From Azolla caroliniana (taxonomy: Eukaryota; Plantae; Polypodiophyta), in contig JBHGNT010000016.1 in assembly GCA_043228905.1 (NCBI GenBank), positions 2,356,001 to 2,420,000 of the forward strand: a DNA stretch of 64,000 nt, written 5' to 3'. This document shows, piece after piece, positions 36,074 to 58,400 of the stretch. The notes under the pieces were generated by a model that searched no databases, was not told the origin of the DNA, and saw only the letters and a program-made list of their open reading frames with translations. Both the position numbers and the translations under genes were made by a program. Position 1 is the stretch's first letter. Each line of letters opens with the position of its first letter.

Positions 36074-36280
36074 TCCAATCCATGCATGGTAGAAATGTTT
36101 TGGAGGCATGGGTTGCTCACAATTAGTTTCTAGAAGAGAGTTGCCCCCCTTCTAAGCATTCGTGTAAGTAGGTTTGTCCAATCCATGCATGGTAGAAATG
36201 TGTTTTTGAGGCATGGGTTGCTCACAATTATTTTCTAGAAGAGAGGTGCCCCCCTTCGAAGCATTCGTGTAAGTAGGTTT
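36074..36280. repeat. Tandem duplication 2 x ~103 bp
   Basis: Units start at 36074 and 36177 (TCCAATCCATGCATGGTAGAAATG...GTAAGTAGGTTT). Confidence 0.9.
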
Positions 36281-38280
36281 ATGATGCCAAGAATCAATAA
36301 AAATGCATGAAGGTAAAAATGTTTGGGCAAATGAAACATGTATATGCCTTCAAAATAGTATTTTATCCACTACATTTGCTTGCAATAGAGCATGCTATCC
36401 TCATGAACCTACCTTTGGTTAAGTGCTATATCCCACAAAATTTAGATTCCACATGAAATGAAAATATTTAATATTGTTGTTAAATTGTGGTCTCGACTCT
36501 CACACAACATAAAACTAGAATGTCAAAGACAAAAATGGGTTAAATCGAGAATATCTAGTTTTTGCTTACTTAGAAATGATAGCAGCTTTGATGTGTTAAA
36601 TGCTCTTAAAATCCATAAAACTCATGAAAAATCTGAGTTCTTGAGAATTTAATAGCTTTGAATATGCTAAACCAAGAAAATATGTGCAAGATAAGAATTT
36701 AAAAGGACTTAAAATTTTAATAGAACATTTACTTTTTATGAAGTTTGTATTGTGTTACGCGTATTGGACCTCATATCATTTGTCACGTAACATACATAAC
36801 CTTGACTTAAACCATACAAACAAGCTCAAAATGCTCGACTTTCCACCATGGCATAACCAGAGTAGATTTTGACTTGCAGTTGTAAGATTTGAAATTTCCA
36901 TTCATAAATATACATTCGAAATATCTCATCTATGTGTGATGGTACCATAATCACACGAAGACTAATGTCGTTTGTATGATTGATTATGAGCCTTTTTGCT
37001 AAAAAATTTGGACATAAATTATGACCATACAAAGTGGTCTATCATATATTTCTTTTACTAATGGTCATGACAAGACCCATCATTCACATGAAATTCTTCA
37101 ATTCAGATGTGAGATATGGTGCTAATGGTAGATCATTGAAAAATGGACGCAAAGGTTTCTCGTTGACTATCCTGAAGAGTAAAATATGGTGAGAAGCTAT
37201 GCACTGTATATTTCAATCTCATCCACATCCCTCAATATTACAAACCCATTCATTACCATTAGGAATCTTGTCTTTTTGCATAAACACCATTCAGCTATGC
37301 ATCATATGTATCAATTACAACCCATTTGTCTTCTACACATAGTTGCTAAAGCCCATTTTTAATCATATGGGGCCCTCTTCATCATGGATAACTATAACAC
37401 AACCTATGTTAGCAAATTCTCTTATAGAGCTTGTTTTTTTCAAGGTAAAGGAGCACTCAATTTACTCAATCTATACAACGACAGCAAATAACCATGTATA
37501 CTGAGTCGAAAAATCTTTGTCAAAACTATTTAGATGCTAAAATTGGGGGTTGGGATCAATTCTACATTTAATTTTTGTATGAATTGAACCTTCCCCTTAA
37601 TGATTGATTGTGCAGACATCTCTTTTGAGTTTGCAACATTGCATGATTGAACCCTAAGATAGAAGCCTTTTGAACATCTCATTTGGCTTCACATCACGTC
37701 TTTGAAGTTATTAAGAATTGGGTGTTAAGAAATTTCTGCGATCTCAAAAAACAAAGATGTTAATGATTTCCTCCTTAGATTAAGAGTTCCCTAACCTTGC
37801 CAAACGAATAAGGGCACATTATTAGGTAATGTAAAACCAGAAGGATGTGGTAAAGGAAATCCAAAGCCAAAGTGTTAAGACGAGCCTCTCAAATGTCTAA
37901 AATCTATTTTAAATAAATCTAAAGATCTTCAACACCAATCATCAACCTAATCAACAAGTAGCTTGGAGTCTTTTGCTATATATTATGATGACAAGAAAGT
38001 TTGATGTTATAACAACTATCTTTAATGACCCACCCAATTCATAATCTTAAACCTATATAGCGATAAAAAAGAAGCCTGACCCATACGTTTTAATAAAAGC
38101 TGAAAGCAGTGGTTTGAGAAATCATCAAGAATGTAAGCATATACTATGAAACATTTTTATTACATTTAAAAATCAAAATGAAATTAGTACACGAATATTT
38201 GAGATCGGTAGTACATATTACATTTTTTAGTGTTCCCCCTTTTTAGCATTTGTAAGAAACCTAATTAAAGGTAACATTTT

Positions 38281-46191
<7,911 letters not shown>

Positions 46192-46838
46192 GTGATGTTG
46201 TTGATCTGAACATATCTTGATTTTTCTTCTTTTTGCTGCGAATTTTCATTATGAGCAAGGCAAATCGGTACTCGCAAAGCAAGGGTTTTGAGAAACTTTA
46301 TGCATTGAAGGCTCTTTTAAATCAATAATATTTAAGGAGATTTCTAAAAACAATCTAAGTAAGAACATCTAAAATTAACCACAGAAATGCAGATGATAGA
46401 ATGATTACATGGATATTCACTGTGAAAATAAAGATTCCTGGTTCTCCAGTAAGAAAGGTAACTACATAATCAAACGACATTGGTCCTTTGGGAACAGAAT
46501 TAGGAATATACACTGGGATCTTTTGGAATCTTCATGGAATCTTTGAGAGTCTTGGTCTTTAGGAACGATTGGAATCTCTCCAGTTGCGATCTGATAGGCT
46601 GAAATTCAGAATCACCGATTAAAAAATGCGATGAAAAAACACATGTGTGCGTGCGGGTGGGCGTGTGCGTCTAGTTTGTATGTACGCATTTATGTATGTC
46701 AGTACCGTAGGTGTAAATGTATGACTCACAGCGTAGATTGTCGAGAGCTGAAGAGAGTCCGTATTCTCTGTCGTAATCGTAAGCAGAATTCTTGTAGAAA
46801 TTCGAGCGAGTCCCCATCTCTCTCTCTCTCTCTCTCTG

Positions 46839-46872
<34 letters not shown>

Positions 46873-47076
46873 AGGTTAGCACATACGCGCGCGCGCACAA
46901 GTATATACGTACGTATACAAACTTATACATACATAAATACGTATATACATATGTACATACACATATATACATATACATACATAATTCACTCTTTTGCCAT
47001 AGCTTTTGGCTCCTCCTATCAATTATGTTCTCTTTCTCTCTCGCTCTCTTTTTAACCTCAGGATCTTTTTATCCTA

Positions 47077-47150
47077 ATTAGCTTACCTAATGGTAAGTTG
47101 TTAGACCACTAGCCCTATGTCTTGGGTTCGAAACCCAAATTTCTCACCTC
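47077..47150 (+). mobile_element. tRNA-like short element, family 2
   Basis: ATTAGCTTACCTAATGGTAAG (A-box-like) ... GGGTTCGAAACCC (B box) ...TTTCTCACCTC; homologous to 19710-19783. Confidence 0.62.
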
Positions 47151-47246
47151 TTTACAACTCCATTTATATCCTCTTAAATTACAAAATGCTACCTCTCTAT
47201 TACTCCATATATATCCTCTTCAATTAATAGATGGGGCCACTATGAA

Positions 47247-47277
<31 letters not shown>

Positions 47278-47375
47278 GGGTGAAAACACACAATTATATT
47301 AATAAATGTGTGTGAAAAACACCTACTTACAGTACGTGTGACAATGGAGTATGGTCACACACTAACCACACTACG

Positions 47376-47593
47376 CTACATGGGTAGTGGAACATGTCGA
47401 ATTGCCAATAGGCAAGAAGAACACTCCACCGAGGAAAGAATTTCCACTTGTTCCAATAAAGAAAATTGCCACATTAGTACTCCCTTCAACTTTCGTAGAT
47501 AGGCTTTCGCTCCATGTCTACCATCGAATACAAAAGCGTTGCGCATGTTCCAATTATGACGCAATCCCCAATATCTCTGAAATAGGAAAACAA

Positions 47594-47600
<7 letters not shown>
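47376..47600 (-). mobile_element. L1-type LINE ORF2 extreme 3' fragment
   Basis: FLFQRYWGLRHNWNMRNAFVFDG matches the W..RN..VF motif; nucleotide similarity to 31405-31500. Confidence 0.6.
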
Positions 47601-47634
<34 letters not shown>

Positions 47635-48559
47635 ACATTCCAATGCATCCAACACTTTGCCAAACAATTCACTCCCTACTTCTCCTCTCTAGGGGGTCCT
47701 CTATGTGTACTTCAACAAATAATAGAAACTTGGTGACAACTACTTGAGAGGTATTTCAAAGCTAAGCATAATGGTTTTACTTTGTATTTTAATCCACTCA
47801 CTCATTGCTTGTGACCAGTAGAAGTATAAGAAAGGCCTTTGTAAAATATATGGGTTGAACTAGTCTTGTGTGGATGCACTTGCTCACCACAAGCATATCA
47901 CAATATCAAGGTAGGGCTTGCTACCACAACAATACCAAGAGGCACAAAATAACATATATTTATATTGGACAATTATGTTGACCATTCAATATGAATGTAG
48001 ATATCTCGATCTAAATGGAAAAGATGTTCCATTTTAGTCAATAGAAACAACGTGGCTATATCATACATCATGCAAATGGGGGGGGGGGGGGGGGGGGGTG
48101 TATCATGTATGCATATGCAAATGAATATATCCGTGTCTATCTACGTGGGGTTATGTGATTTTGATTTTCATGGTTAAGATTATAATGAATCAATTGTGAT
48201 GCTTTGAAAGTACATATATGTACTCTCATGGACATGGAGGACGAGGCTACAACTAGTGTGGTGCCATATTATGTATTTGATGAGGATGCACCCCATGCAA
48301 ACATCATATTCTTTTTACAACATGAGTTGTTGCAAAATAAAATTCCAAACAACATTGTCCTTTTTTTAAAAAGAAAGATACATCCTAGTATATTACTTGA
48401 GAAATGTACATATAGAAAACAAAAGGAGACATTTCATCTACCTCTATTGTGATACAAAGGCTAATACCAACATTTGACCATACAAATGATATCATATAAG
48501 AAACAAGTGGAACACAAACTACAAGCTATGCAACAAAAAAGAAGGTATGGCATAATTCC

Positions 48560-50560
48560 ACCTCAGACCAGAAGTTGTCTCTGAAAATAAGTGAAGCCCT
48601 TGCCATCATTTCTTAAAGTCCACTTGACGTTGCCATAGAACATCAGTTGAACCCTGCAGATCATCATATTGACCATGTAGTGTGTGGACAAATAACAACC
48701 AGAATTCAATAAGCATGGTGCGGAGATGTATGTGAGCATTATTAAAAACGACATCACATATTATCCAAAGAGCTAATGACGTAACAGTACACCAAATAAC
48801 CAGATTTTCAATTCTAAACCATGGAATAGAAGATGGAAATGAAGTGAGATAGATGTGCCCATGGAAAAATGAAAGACATGAGAAGCATGGCTACTTAATA
48901 CTTCATAACATCTCCATGAAGGACACCCCATAATACTACACCCCACGAGAAAATAGAACGAGAATAATGGTGTCTCATCAATAAAAACAACTTACTCCAA
49001 AATTGCTTGATTTAGGGACATAACCAAAAACAAATGCAAATTAGATTCCATAGATGCACCACAATGCATTCCACAAGCAAATGGCTAATTTTACCTCAAC
49101 CAATCACCAACAGGAAGAGCATAATGCATCAACAACCATCGAAAATATATCACTCTTTTTCGGCAACTGCATACTCCATAACCATTTCCAAAATTTGGTA
49201 AGTTGCAATGAAATCACATTATTTGGATTCCAATGCTTCATGGCAACAGGGCATGTATACTTTGATTGCAACAATAAATTGTTGGGAAACATGTCCCTCC
49301 GGATGGGAAGAAGAAGAGTACAAGCCGAATTGGATGGAGTCAATAAGTACTTCGGCTGAGGCCGAGATTGAAAACCGAAACCAAAATCAAGAGACTATAT
49401 ATGTAAATAGTCTAAAAGTGCCCCTTGTGGGCCATGTATGTAAATAGCTAGAAAGTTGTATATGTATAAATACAACTAGGGCAAACTTTATGGGTAGTGT
49501 AGTCATCATTATTGTATAGTTACAGACAAGGTAGTTAGTTGCCTTTGTAAATGTAGAAGAGAGATAGAGAGAGTGGAAGTGTGAGAGTTAGTAACTCAAC
49601 AACCATCAGTCCGACGAAGTAGGACTTGAGGTTGTTACCTCCAAGCTTCTTATTGTACTCCTCCTCTATCATAGTGATTCCGTTTTTCTTGGGGTTTGTG
49701 GACCCCCATGGTTTTTTTCCCAGTTCGGGTTTTCCATGTTAAATGTCCCGTGTTTCTGTTCTTTTGCTTTCTGCTCCTCGTTTTCAGTATGTTCATTACC
49801 TTGCTCGTTTTTCTTTGCACCCGAATGCATACATGAACCGGTTGTGGCCGTTTAGGATCCTAACATAAATTTCTACCTAGCTTAACCGAATATTGGAAAA
49901 ACTCCAAATGTTTACCATTTCCACCAACACTCAGCTTTTTCCATTGATAATCAATTGGATCCCAATCCAAATTGTAAAGCTGTTTTTTTTTTTAAACCCA
50001 CAATGAACAACACCGTAAGCATTCATGAAAGGGTGGATCCAAGAACCATTTTTTTTCCAGATCTTGCAACTACTCGAATAGCCGGAACATTGGCGGACAT
50101 CCACACATCTGATGCAGAAAATACATGCCACAACCTACCATCATCATCCATATTAAAGTATATAACATCACCCGCAATGTTAGTTACTTTAGCTCCTAAA
50201 ATATCTTTTAAGGGAGAGAAATAACCAAACCAAAATTGTTTGCTACAAGGGTACCATGAAGCCATAAATTGTCCCAATGCCACTTGCATGTCATTGCACA
50301 TGATAGCACTTCCTCAAATTGAAAGCATTGACAAAAATTGTAACGGTTGATTCATAACATAACATCCCCATGGTAGAACATTACCTACTACTGATACATC
50401 CAAAGAAGCCCAATTCAGCCGAGGATGGCTGCCACGCAGAAAACCCCTTGCATCAGAGAAGACAAAATTCCAAACAACATTGTTATAGAGCATATAAGTA
50501 ATATTGTGCTTGATTTGAATCGAGGTTTATGCGAGATACCTGGAAATGAGTTTCAAAGGA
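48560..50560 (-). mobile_element. Decayed L1-type LINE ORF2, interrupted by a solo LTR
   Basis: FWKWLWSMQLPKK (zf-RVT entry) and downstream WTLRND; many stops and frameshifts; boundaries approximate. Confidence 0.55.
49280..49865 (+). mobile_element. Solo LTR (586 bp, copia-like) with 5-bp TSD
   Basis: TGTTGGGA...TCCTAACA termini flanked by a perfect TAAAT at 49275-49279 and 49866-49870; U5-like CCCATGGTTTTTTTCCC...GGGTTTTCCATG. Confidence 0.85.
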
Positions 50561-50606
50561 CCTTATGGACGCATAGAATATGAAAATATATGTGTGCCAT
50601 TGACAC

Positions 50607-50817
50607 CACAACTTAGGGTGTTTAGCTATCATTCATCAATGGGCCGACTAGGCTATGACGGGGCTGCTTTGAGAACCCCTTTAGGCCAAAATCCCACGAG
50701 TGTGTTTAACTAACATCACAACTTAGGGTGTTTAACTATGATTCATCAATGGGTCAACTAGGTTATGACAGTGCTACTTTGAGAACCTCTTTAGACCAAA
50801 TTCCCATGAGTATGTTT
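50607..50817. repeat. Tandem duplication 2 x 110 bp (diverged)
   Basis: Units start at 50607 and 50717 (CACAACTTAGGGTGTTTA...). Confidence 0.85.
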
Positions 50818-53031
50818 CATATTTAGGCAATCTTGCTTACATAGATATGTCCCACACCAACATCTTATTCTCATATGCATCAATGTATGTGGGTGGATCA
50901 CCTTTACTTATTAGATTGGTTGGATAACAAAGCGATATATATACCCTCAAATAATTCAACCTATTTGTCTTAACCACATTAACTTGATGATTAGGATAAA
51001 CATTATTACTATAGATTTGAACTTTATTTGATGGTGGATGATATATTATGCTAGCTTTTGCATTATGTTCATCGATAACTATACATGATGGCCCAACTAG
51101 GGGGCAATGACATAACAACATTCAAAATCTATGGAATATGGAAACAATAGCTTTGAAAAGTAAGTTCAAAAGGGACACATTGACAAACAAAACGATTTTG
51201 TATCAGTTTTATTTTGCATTCATAACTAGTAGACATCAACCAAAAAGCCATTAAATGCACTATTTTCTTTAATGGAACTTGATATTATAAACATTCTAAT
51301 TCCTTCAATTCTCTGGGAGGCCGTGTTTGATTGTTATCTCCATAAGGTTCGCTTTGATATCCTAGAAGCTTTTGTTATGACTCCTTTATCTTTTTAGACT
51401 TTCATCGATGTTCAACCCATGCCACTTCCGTTTCGTACCCTATAAGAGCTTTTACAATATCGTGTTCTGAACGGAAATAACATATAATTGAGAAACTAAT
51501 TAATCAAGATGTGCAATTAATTATAACTAGCAATTTAAAGATTGAAAACACAAGGGTTATTTGACATGGAGATTCCTCGTGGTGTGTTATGAGGATTCAC
51601 TAACCATATGTTGGGGAGAAAGTGTTAAGCAACATGAAAGCAACAAATCAATTCAAAGCAGCAATGATGCCAACCAAATATACGTTGTAAGGGGGAGTAG
51701 ACTAACAAAGATTAAGTTGGAACTTCCCTCGTTGAGCAATTCAAAGGTGATGAATCAATCCATACACGAGCACCATGCCAACAAAAAGCTAATGTTCCTA
51801 CTTATTCTCATTAGTAATACTATGGGTTGTAGACCATCTCATTGGTTCATGCATACTTGATCTTGTGTTTTTTTGAAATTATAACATTCCAAACATGATA
51901 GAATTATCATCATGTTACACATTTGATAAAGATATCAATACCATGCTAGTGTAACATCTCACACTTAATCAATAATAGAAATCCAATAAAACAGATTAAG
52001 ATTCATCGAAGTTTAATTAAACACATAATTATTGCACATGATCGATTATTCATTTGTCATAAAGCTAGTCTAGATGATCCAATAGGCTTGAGGTCATATA
52101 TTGTCATCTCCCACACTCAAGCAATCATATCATCAAAATTGAGCAAATATACGATCTAGTAAACAATGATTCAATTGAATAGACAGATGATCCAACCATC
52201 AACAGTTTGTTTAGGCACATACACAATTGAACCAACAACAATTCATAGAAGCAAATACACAACCCAACTAGCAATAACTCATTCACACATATGCAAGATC
52301 CAATCAAAATCACCACAAACCATCACATTCCCAACAAAGCAACAATTCAACCATGCATATATGCATGTGGTCTAGCCAAAAGCACAATTCACTTAAGGAG
52401 ATACCCATGACATCATCAGGTTCGATTGTCGTAAACCCAATTAAGCATAGAAGACCACAATGTATCAAAGGGTGGACACGTCACACACATACAGTCACGA
52501 GATCACATTACTGAGCTCAATCAATCACAAAGCTAGTTCACAAAGATTCTCGGTTTGAGCAACACACTAGAGGTGGACATGATATGACGACCATCGAATA
52601 GATCGCCAGTATGATAATCAAATCGATGGACAAAGTATCGCCATCACAGATCGATCCACTAATTCGATCAAGAGGTACATAAGATATAGAAGAAAAGGAG
52701 TTAAATTGTGCCAGAGCAAATCCCACCAAAAGGAACTCCTTTGCCTGGTAGGGCCAAATATGCAATTTCTTTATATATTGAATGCCTCTTCGGTTTCCTC
52801 TCTTTCTCTGTCTCTCTTCTTTCCTTTCCTTTTTCCTTTCTTTTCCTTGGAAACAGGGGAGGGGAGACCAAGTGGGCTCTCCAGATCTTAAGAGCAAGGG
52901 TTACCCCTCCCAATCGCCATAGCCGTCAAGCTTTCCTCTCTCTGAATGTTTCTTTCTTTACCAAGGATTTGTTTTATCCCATAAACCAAAACCTTCTTCA
53001 TGAGAGAAGACCTTTTCATCGGTGAGCGGCC

Positions 53032-55455
53032 ATGGGATGCACCAGCAGCACCTTATCCAACAGATCTCTGAGAAACCCGAGAAATCGCCATCGCCATAGC
53101 TATCATCACCATCGTCATCTTCATCATCAGAAACAGTCTATATCTGTTGTGGGATTGATTCTAGACAGAGATTATGCTTTGAGAGTCATTGAAAGAAACC
53201 AAGAAGATGGAGAAGGATCAAATAACCAAAATACCTTCTCACACCTGCAGATCAAGCAACAATTAGAAGAAGAAGAAAAAGACGACGAAGGAGGGATTGG
53301 CGGTGGCATGAATGCCAATCCCTTTCAAAGCAATTTAGAAGGAGTAGACGTTTCTTCTGGTAAGTTGTTTACTTCTTCTTCCTCGTCTCTTTCTATAAAT
53401 GTTAGAAGGAGAATAAGAAAGCTTGGAAAAAATAATAATCTCCAGAGCCCACCCAAGCTCTCTACTCTGCAAGAGAGGAGATTGAGAAGAGCAAACCTCG
53501 AGGTTGGTTCTATTGGGTTTAGCTCTGATGACGATGATAATGATGAAGGTGATGGGTTTGAATTTGCGAAATTAGAGAAAGAAACCGGTAGTTTCGGTGC
53601 TGGGAAACCACCCCTTTGTACCTCTACGATAGCAGTTTTTCGCGATGAAGAAGAAAATGGATCCTCAAAGACCACCAATAATTTAGAGGTTCTTTCCTTA
53701 CCTCGATCAAGTGATTCAATCTTGTTATCATCGTCGTCCTCTTCATTCGATAGAGAAGAGAGCTCTTTGTTGTGGGCTGGTAGTACCCTTGATTTTTCTC
53801 CTCCAAAGATAGAGATGGTTTCTTCTCAATGTGGGACATCTCCTTCATCCTCAGTCACTTCTTCTTTTCCTCCGTATTTTGAGGATGTTTCTCTATGTGA
53901 GCCTCCAACAAGGATGAAGGCGACGATATTGTGCTCACCTTTCTCCAATGCTTCGGATGATTGTGGGTGTTTTTCTCCTTCAAGTACATGCCTCTCAGAG
54001 ACGATTACCGAATCTTTGGCACCCAATGATGCATTTGTAGATGATGATGATGATGGGACAATAGATTCCCAAGCGTGGAACTGTTCATTTGAAGATGATT
54101 ATAGTAGCATGGACCATCCTTCACCTCCATCTTCATCATCATCAACATCATCAACCTCAACTTCATCATCTTCATTACCATCATCATTGGAGCATTTGAT
54201 TCCATCCCTACCAGATGATCTTGCACAACTATGTTTGATGAGAGTTCCCTTTATCAAGTACAACCACATATACCGAGCGGTGTCCCGCAAGTGGAGGCTG
54301 GTTTTATCCTCAGACGAGTTTTACAAGATGAGGAAAGCACTTGGGATTGGCGAAGTGCATATCTCATTTGTTGTGCATGGAAATAGGGTCCAAATCTTCA
54401 GTTTGAATGCTCGGCGATGGTTTTGTCTCCCACCCTTACCTAGAGAGAATAGAAATGTATGTCATTCTCCCGAATCAGATGGAGCATATCAATCCTCTCC
54501 TCGTGATTGTACTGATTGGGGAATTGACCCATACGATTGGTGGCAAATCGACACTGTGGCAGTTTCTGAAGGGACTCTTTTTGTTCTTGGTGGTGATAAG
54601 GCCGAGATTCATTCTTTCAGAAACCCGAGTAAGCCCACAAATCGAGTGCATAAATACGATTTTTGCAGAAATTGTTGGGTCAGCGTTTCATCGATGCAAG
54701 TGGCGCGCTCACATGCAGCAGCCACATCGCTGGGCAAGTCAATGATGTATGTAGCTGGAGGCAGTGGAAATGAAGAGGAAGGATGTTCAGCGGAATGTTA
54801 TGATTCAGAAAAGAATGAATGGAAGCCAATACCGAGAATGAATACATCAATGAGGACATGTGTTGGCCTAGAACATGAGGGGTGTTTCTATGTGAAAGGA
54901 GAGAGCAGAGAAGCAGAGGATCATGTTGATGGAGAGATATTTGATCCATCAGAATGTTGCTGGCGAAAAATGAGTCACGGGATGAAGAGAGGGTTGGAAC
55001 GAGGCCCGATTGCATCATGTGGTAGAGATTTATTTGTGGCTGATTGGAAAGATTCTGTGCTGAAAGTATATGTTCAAGAGAGAGATTCATGGTTTGTGGT
55101 AACAAAGCTTCCGGCTAGAATTAGCCGCCTTGTTGGCCATTCTGGTTATCTATACGGGTTAACTGGAAAAGTAAAAGTTGATCCGTACAATCATCAAATT
55201 ATATCGGATGCGCCTGCTGAGGTATGGAGACTAAAGTTAAGGGAGAGCAATACTGTTACTAATTCAACAATGCATTATAAACTTCTCGAAACATCCTCAT
55301 CCTCATCAAATGATGAAGGGGAATTATTTTCAGGAAAGCTTAATTGTGGGGATTGTAAATGGGAATGTCTTTGGTGGGATCCTAAGCAAATGGTTAAAAC
55401 TGGTGGTTTAGCATGGGTTCCTTGTATTGCTCACTGTACCTTATTTGAAGATTAG
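53032..55455 (+). CDS. F-box/kelch-repeat protein with long acidic/Ser-rich N-terminal extension, intronless, 807 aa
   Basis: F-box LIPSLPDDLAQLCLMRVP...RAVSRKWR at ~aa 390; kelch repeats LFVLGG...VHKYDF..NCW..VSSMQVARS and MYVAGG...AECYD..KNEW..IPRM; starts MGCTSS. Confidence 0.93.
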   Translation: MGCTSSTLSNRSLRNPRNRHRHSYHHHRHLHHQKQSISVVGLILDRDYALRVIERNQEDGEGSNNQNTFSHLQIKQQLEEEEKDDEGGIGGGMNANPFQSNLEGVDVSSGKLFTSSSSSLSINVRRRIRKLGKNNNLQSPPKLSTLQERRLRRANLEVGSIGFSSDDDDNDEGDGFEFAKLEKETGSFGAGKPPLCTSTIAVFRDEEENGSSKTTNNLEVLSLPRSSDSILLSSSSSSFDREESSLLWAGSTLDFSPPKIEMVSSQCGTSPSSSVTSSFPPYFEDVSLCEPPTRMKATILCSPFSNASDDCGCFSPSSTCLSETITESLAPNDAFVDDDDDGTIDSQAWNCSFEDDYSSMDHPSPPSSSSSTSSTSTSSSSLPSSLEHLIPSLPDDLAQLCLMRVPFIKYNHIYRAVSRKWRLVLSSDEFYKMRKALGIGEVHISFVVHGNRVQIFSLNARRWFCLPPLPRENRNVCHSPESDGAYQSSPRDCTDWGIDPYDWWQIDTVAVSEGTLFVLGGDKAEIHSFRNPSKPTNRVHKYDFCRNCWVSVSSMQVARSHAAATSLGKSMMYVAGGSGNEEEGCSAECYDSEKNEWKPIPRMNTSMRTCVGLEHEGCFYVKGESREAEDHVDGEIFDPSECCWRKMSHGMKRGLERGPIASCGRDLFVADWKDSVLKVYVQERDSWFVVTKLPARISRLVGHSGYLYGLTGKVKVDPYNHQIISDAPAEVWRLKLRESNTVTNSTMHYKLLETSSSSSNDEGELFSGKLNCGDCKWECLWWDPKQMVKTGGLAWVPCIAHCTLFED

Positions 55456-58400
55456 GCACGTAATTTTGCTCAAGTGTGATGGTCATTCATTCATTCATCT
55501 TCCTCTGTGTTATTATTACTGAATGATATCAATGGATCGTTCTGAGTTCAAAGATTTCTCTAGGCCTCAAAATGATGATTGGTTTGTGTTGAGACCCAAG
55601 GATCTTAAAAAGTTCAAAATATGAAGATCCTTTTGCTCATTCAAATGGTGGTGACAGGATTATATGAATGTCAATAATATTTCTTGTTTGGTGGGATAAA
55701 ACTACCCTTACTATCACAGCCATTGCATGAGCTAATTTTTGTATATGTTGATTTTTTATGAGAAACAGAAATATAATCCCCTGATTGTCCTCTTACCAGG
55801 AAAAATGAGATATGCAGTAATAATAATGAAAGTAAATAATAATTATACTGACTTGAGCTGTTGAAAATGTAAGAAAACCTCATTGTAATAATTAGACTGA
55901 CTTCAGCTGATTCTTGTTCATTGTTTTTAGTCATTGTTGTATATGGGTTTCTTTCTTTCTTCAGTTATTGTTTATTTTCGTTCTTTAGGGCATATTTGTG
56001 AAGGGTCGTGAAAACCAAATTAGTCATTTGATTGAGTGACCAGACCAGACTGCATTGTCGATGTTCAACTTTAAAGCTTACATAAAGGTTTTCAGGAGTA
56101 AAATTTAGGCTAACAATGCATGATGATCTAAAAAAGTCATCCTATCTGATTTCTTTAGCATGAGGAATACATTGATGAATTTATTCTGGCCCCAAGGTTT
56201 CCTATCAATACTTCTTGGGTGTCATGTTATTGACTTACTACCATCACAATCTTCACCATTTGTGGAAGTATACTTTAGAGACGAGAACACGTCATATCAA
56301 CTTGTTTGTATTTCTTATCAAATCTTCTTAGATGGCTGTCCACCGGCATCACATCTCATCTCAACATCTCACTAAGAGTAGACTTCTCATATATGACACA
56401 CCATCTTACCTTCAATCCTATGCATATTGCAACTCTTCAACAACTTTTGTTAATAGTTTGTCACGTTGATCAAAATACTAGGCTAACATAAATTATAGAA
56501 TACATGTGTGAATAAGCTCAAGAGGATTAAGAAAGTATTTGCCAACATAGTACCAATTGGGCACAAAAGTAGGTTTTAGGCTTACGTATTTATCATTTAT
56601 ATACACTTGTGGAAAAAGGAAAGAAGATGGTCCATGACTTCTTACTTAATGATATGATGGGTAGATGATCACTACAAAACCCTAATGATGCGAAGCACAA
56701 AGTTACTTCTATAGTAAGCATGAATGGAAGGATTCTTTACCTCTATGATACCACAGGGGTACCATAGCCCCAATGCAAAGGGGTGTTCCATAATAAATAG
56801 ATTATGTACACAAGTCGTTACTTTGTACTCCATTGTCTATGAGGTAATTGTGTTCTTTTGCTCAACATATAATTTATTATTGTAATATCACTCAAAAGGA
56901 TATGCACGCACAAACATCGAACTATAGACTTATTAGCACAACATGTCGAATTTGCGCATGCACATACACTCACATTCTATGTTCGGAAAAATGAAGAAAA
57001 TGTATTTTCTATAGAGAAACATTCTTGACCATGTATCCACTTGTTTTTGCCTCATTGAAATTGTATGCTTGTTTATGCCCATGGTTTTTGTGACCACATG
57101 TGTCCCTTTTTTGTTTGTGTTGAAATGAGAATCAAGGAGTCAAGTAAATCATTATGAAACAACTCCTTTGTAAACTAAATCACATCTATTTAATATATCA
57201 ACCCTCTTGAGACCAAATCAAACCAAAATTCATACCAATATAACAACCATTGGACCTACTTGACATTGCCACTGGTATTTTGATGTAGCATTCAACACAA
57301 GCATAAAGCATGACAAGACAAACAAAGAACATTGGCATTAAAAAGAGAGAAAAGACTTAAAAGTAATCAAAGGATAGTAAGGGAATATAGATTCAAGGCA
57401 AATCAAAAGAGAGTTAGCACAAAGAACAAAATTTAGCTAACACGTTTGAATGGCATTGGATTCGTGAAAGAAAACAACAGAGTTCTTTTCTAACACAATA
57501 AGTAGTTTTTCATCTAACTTTCCAGAATGTTTGTTCTCTTCCTCTTTTCCAATTCTAAGAGGACCAAGCAAAAAATGGACCGTGTTAGAAAATGGAGAAA
57601 CTTCCAATAATCAAATTAAATCATGTAAAATGTAAAGCGGACTAGATTGTGACTCTCTCATGTTGATGAATTAGTACATTTTCCTAGCTCAAGCTCTTGG
57701 GTCTTATTAATGGGTGTACATGCAGTTTGCAAAAGATTTGTCTCGACACATGTCTTTTGATAGGATATCCATTTATATTTTGTTGACGTGATTTCTACAT
57801 CGTATGGAAATATTCGTTTCCTTTTCTCATATAACTACTTACAAAAATATCAATTGGGATACCCTATCTATTTAGGCATATTGAAAAAAGAAGCTTTGAG
57901 GACGATGTGATCACCTTATTTTGGTGGGATCTTTATGGATGCTATTCCATACACATTGATCTATGGACCCTATCCATGTATTTTTCTAGTGATGGGATTG
58001 ACATGTCTTTGGCTTTAGGACTTATTTCTCAATACCTTTCCCGTCAATGCGTAATTCTGATTTTTATAATTTGGCGTATGGACAAGATGCATAATGCCGT
58101 GACCCACGAGCACGTACATACCTAAAGCCATATATATGTACACATCCATCAGAAATTTTCTAAAACTAAAGAGTATTGATCACATGCCCTAGACTACAAG
58201 GACCTTCTTTTACTCCTGAACATATATCTAATTTTTCATATATAATACACACCTTACTAGGAAACAACATGCCAAAAAGCACCCATAATAGCAAGGAAAA
58301 TGTGACATGAGACCTCACATGGGAGGATCACATTTGCAAATGAAGTATTTTGAATGAAAACTAAAGTACAATTATAAGTGTTCAGCAAATTCGCATTCTA

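Noticed and set aside
47077-47150. Functional tRNA gene
   Set aside because: Acceptor and anticodon stems do not pair; treated as a tRNA-derived repeat.
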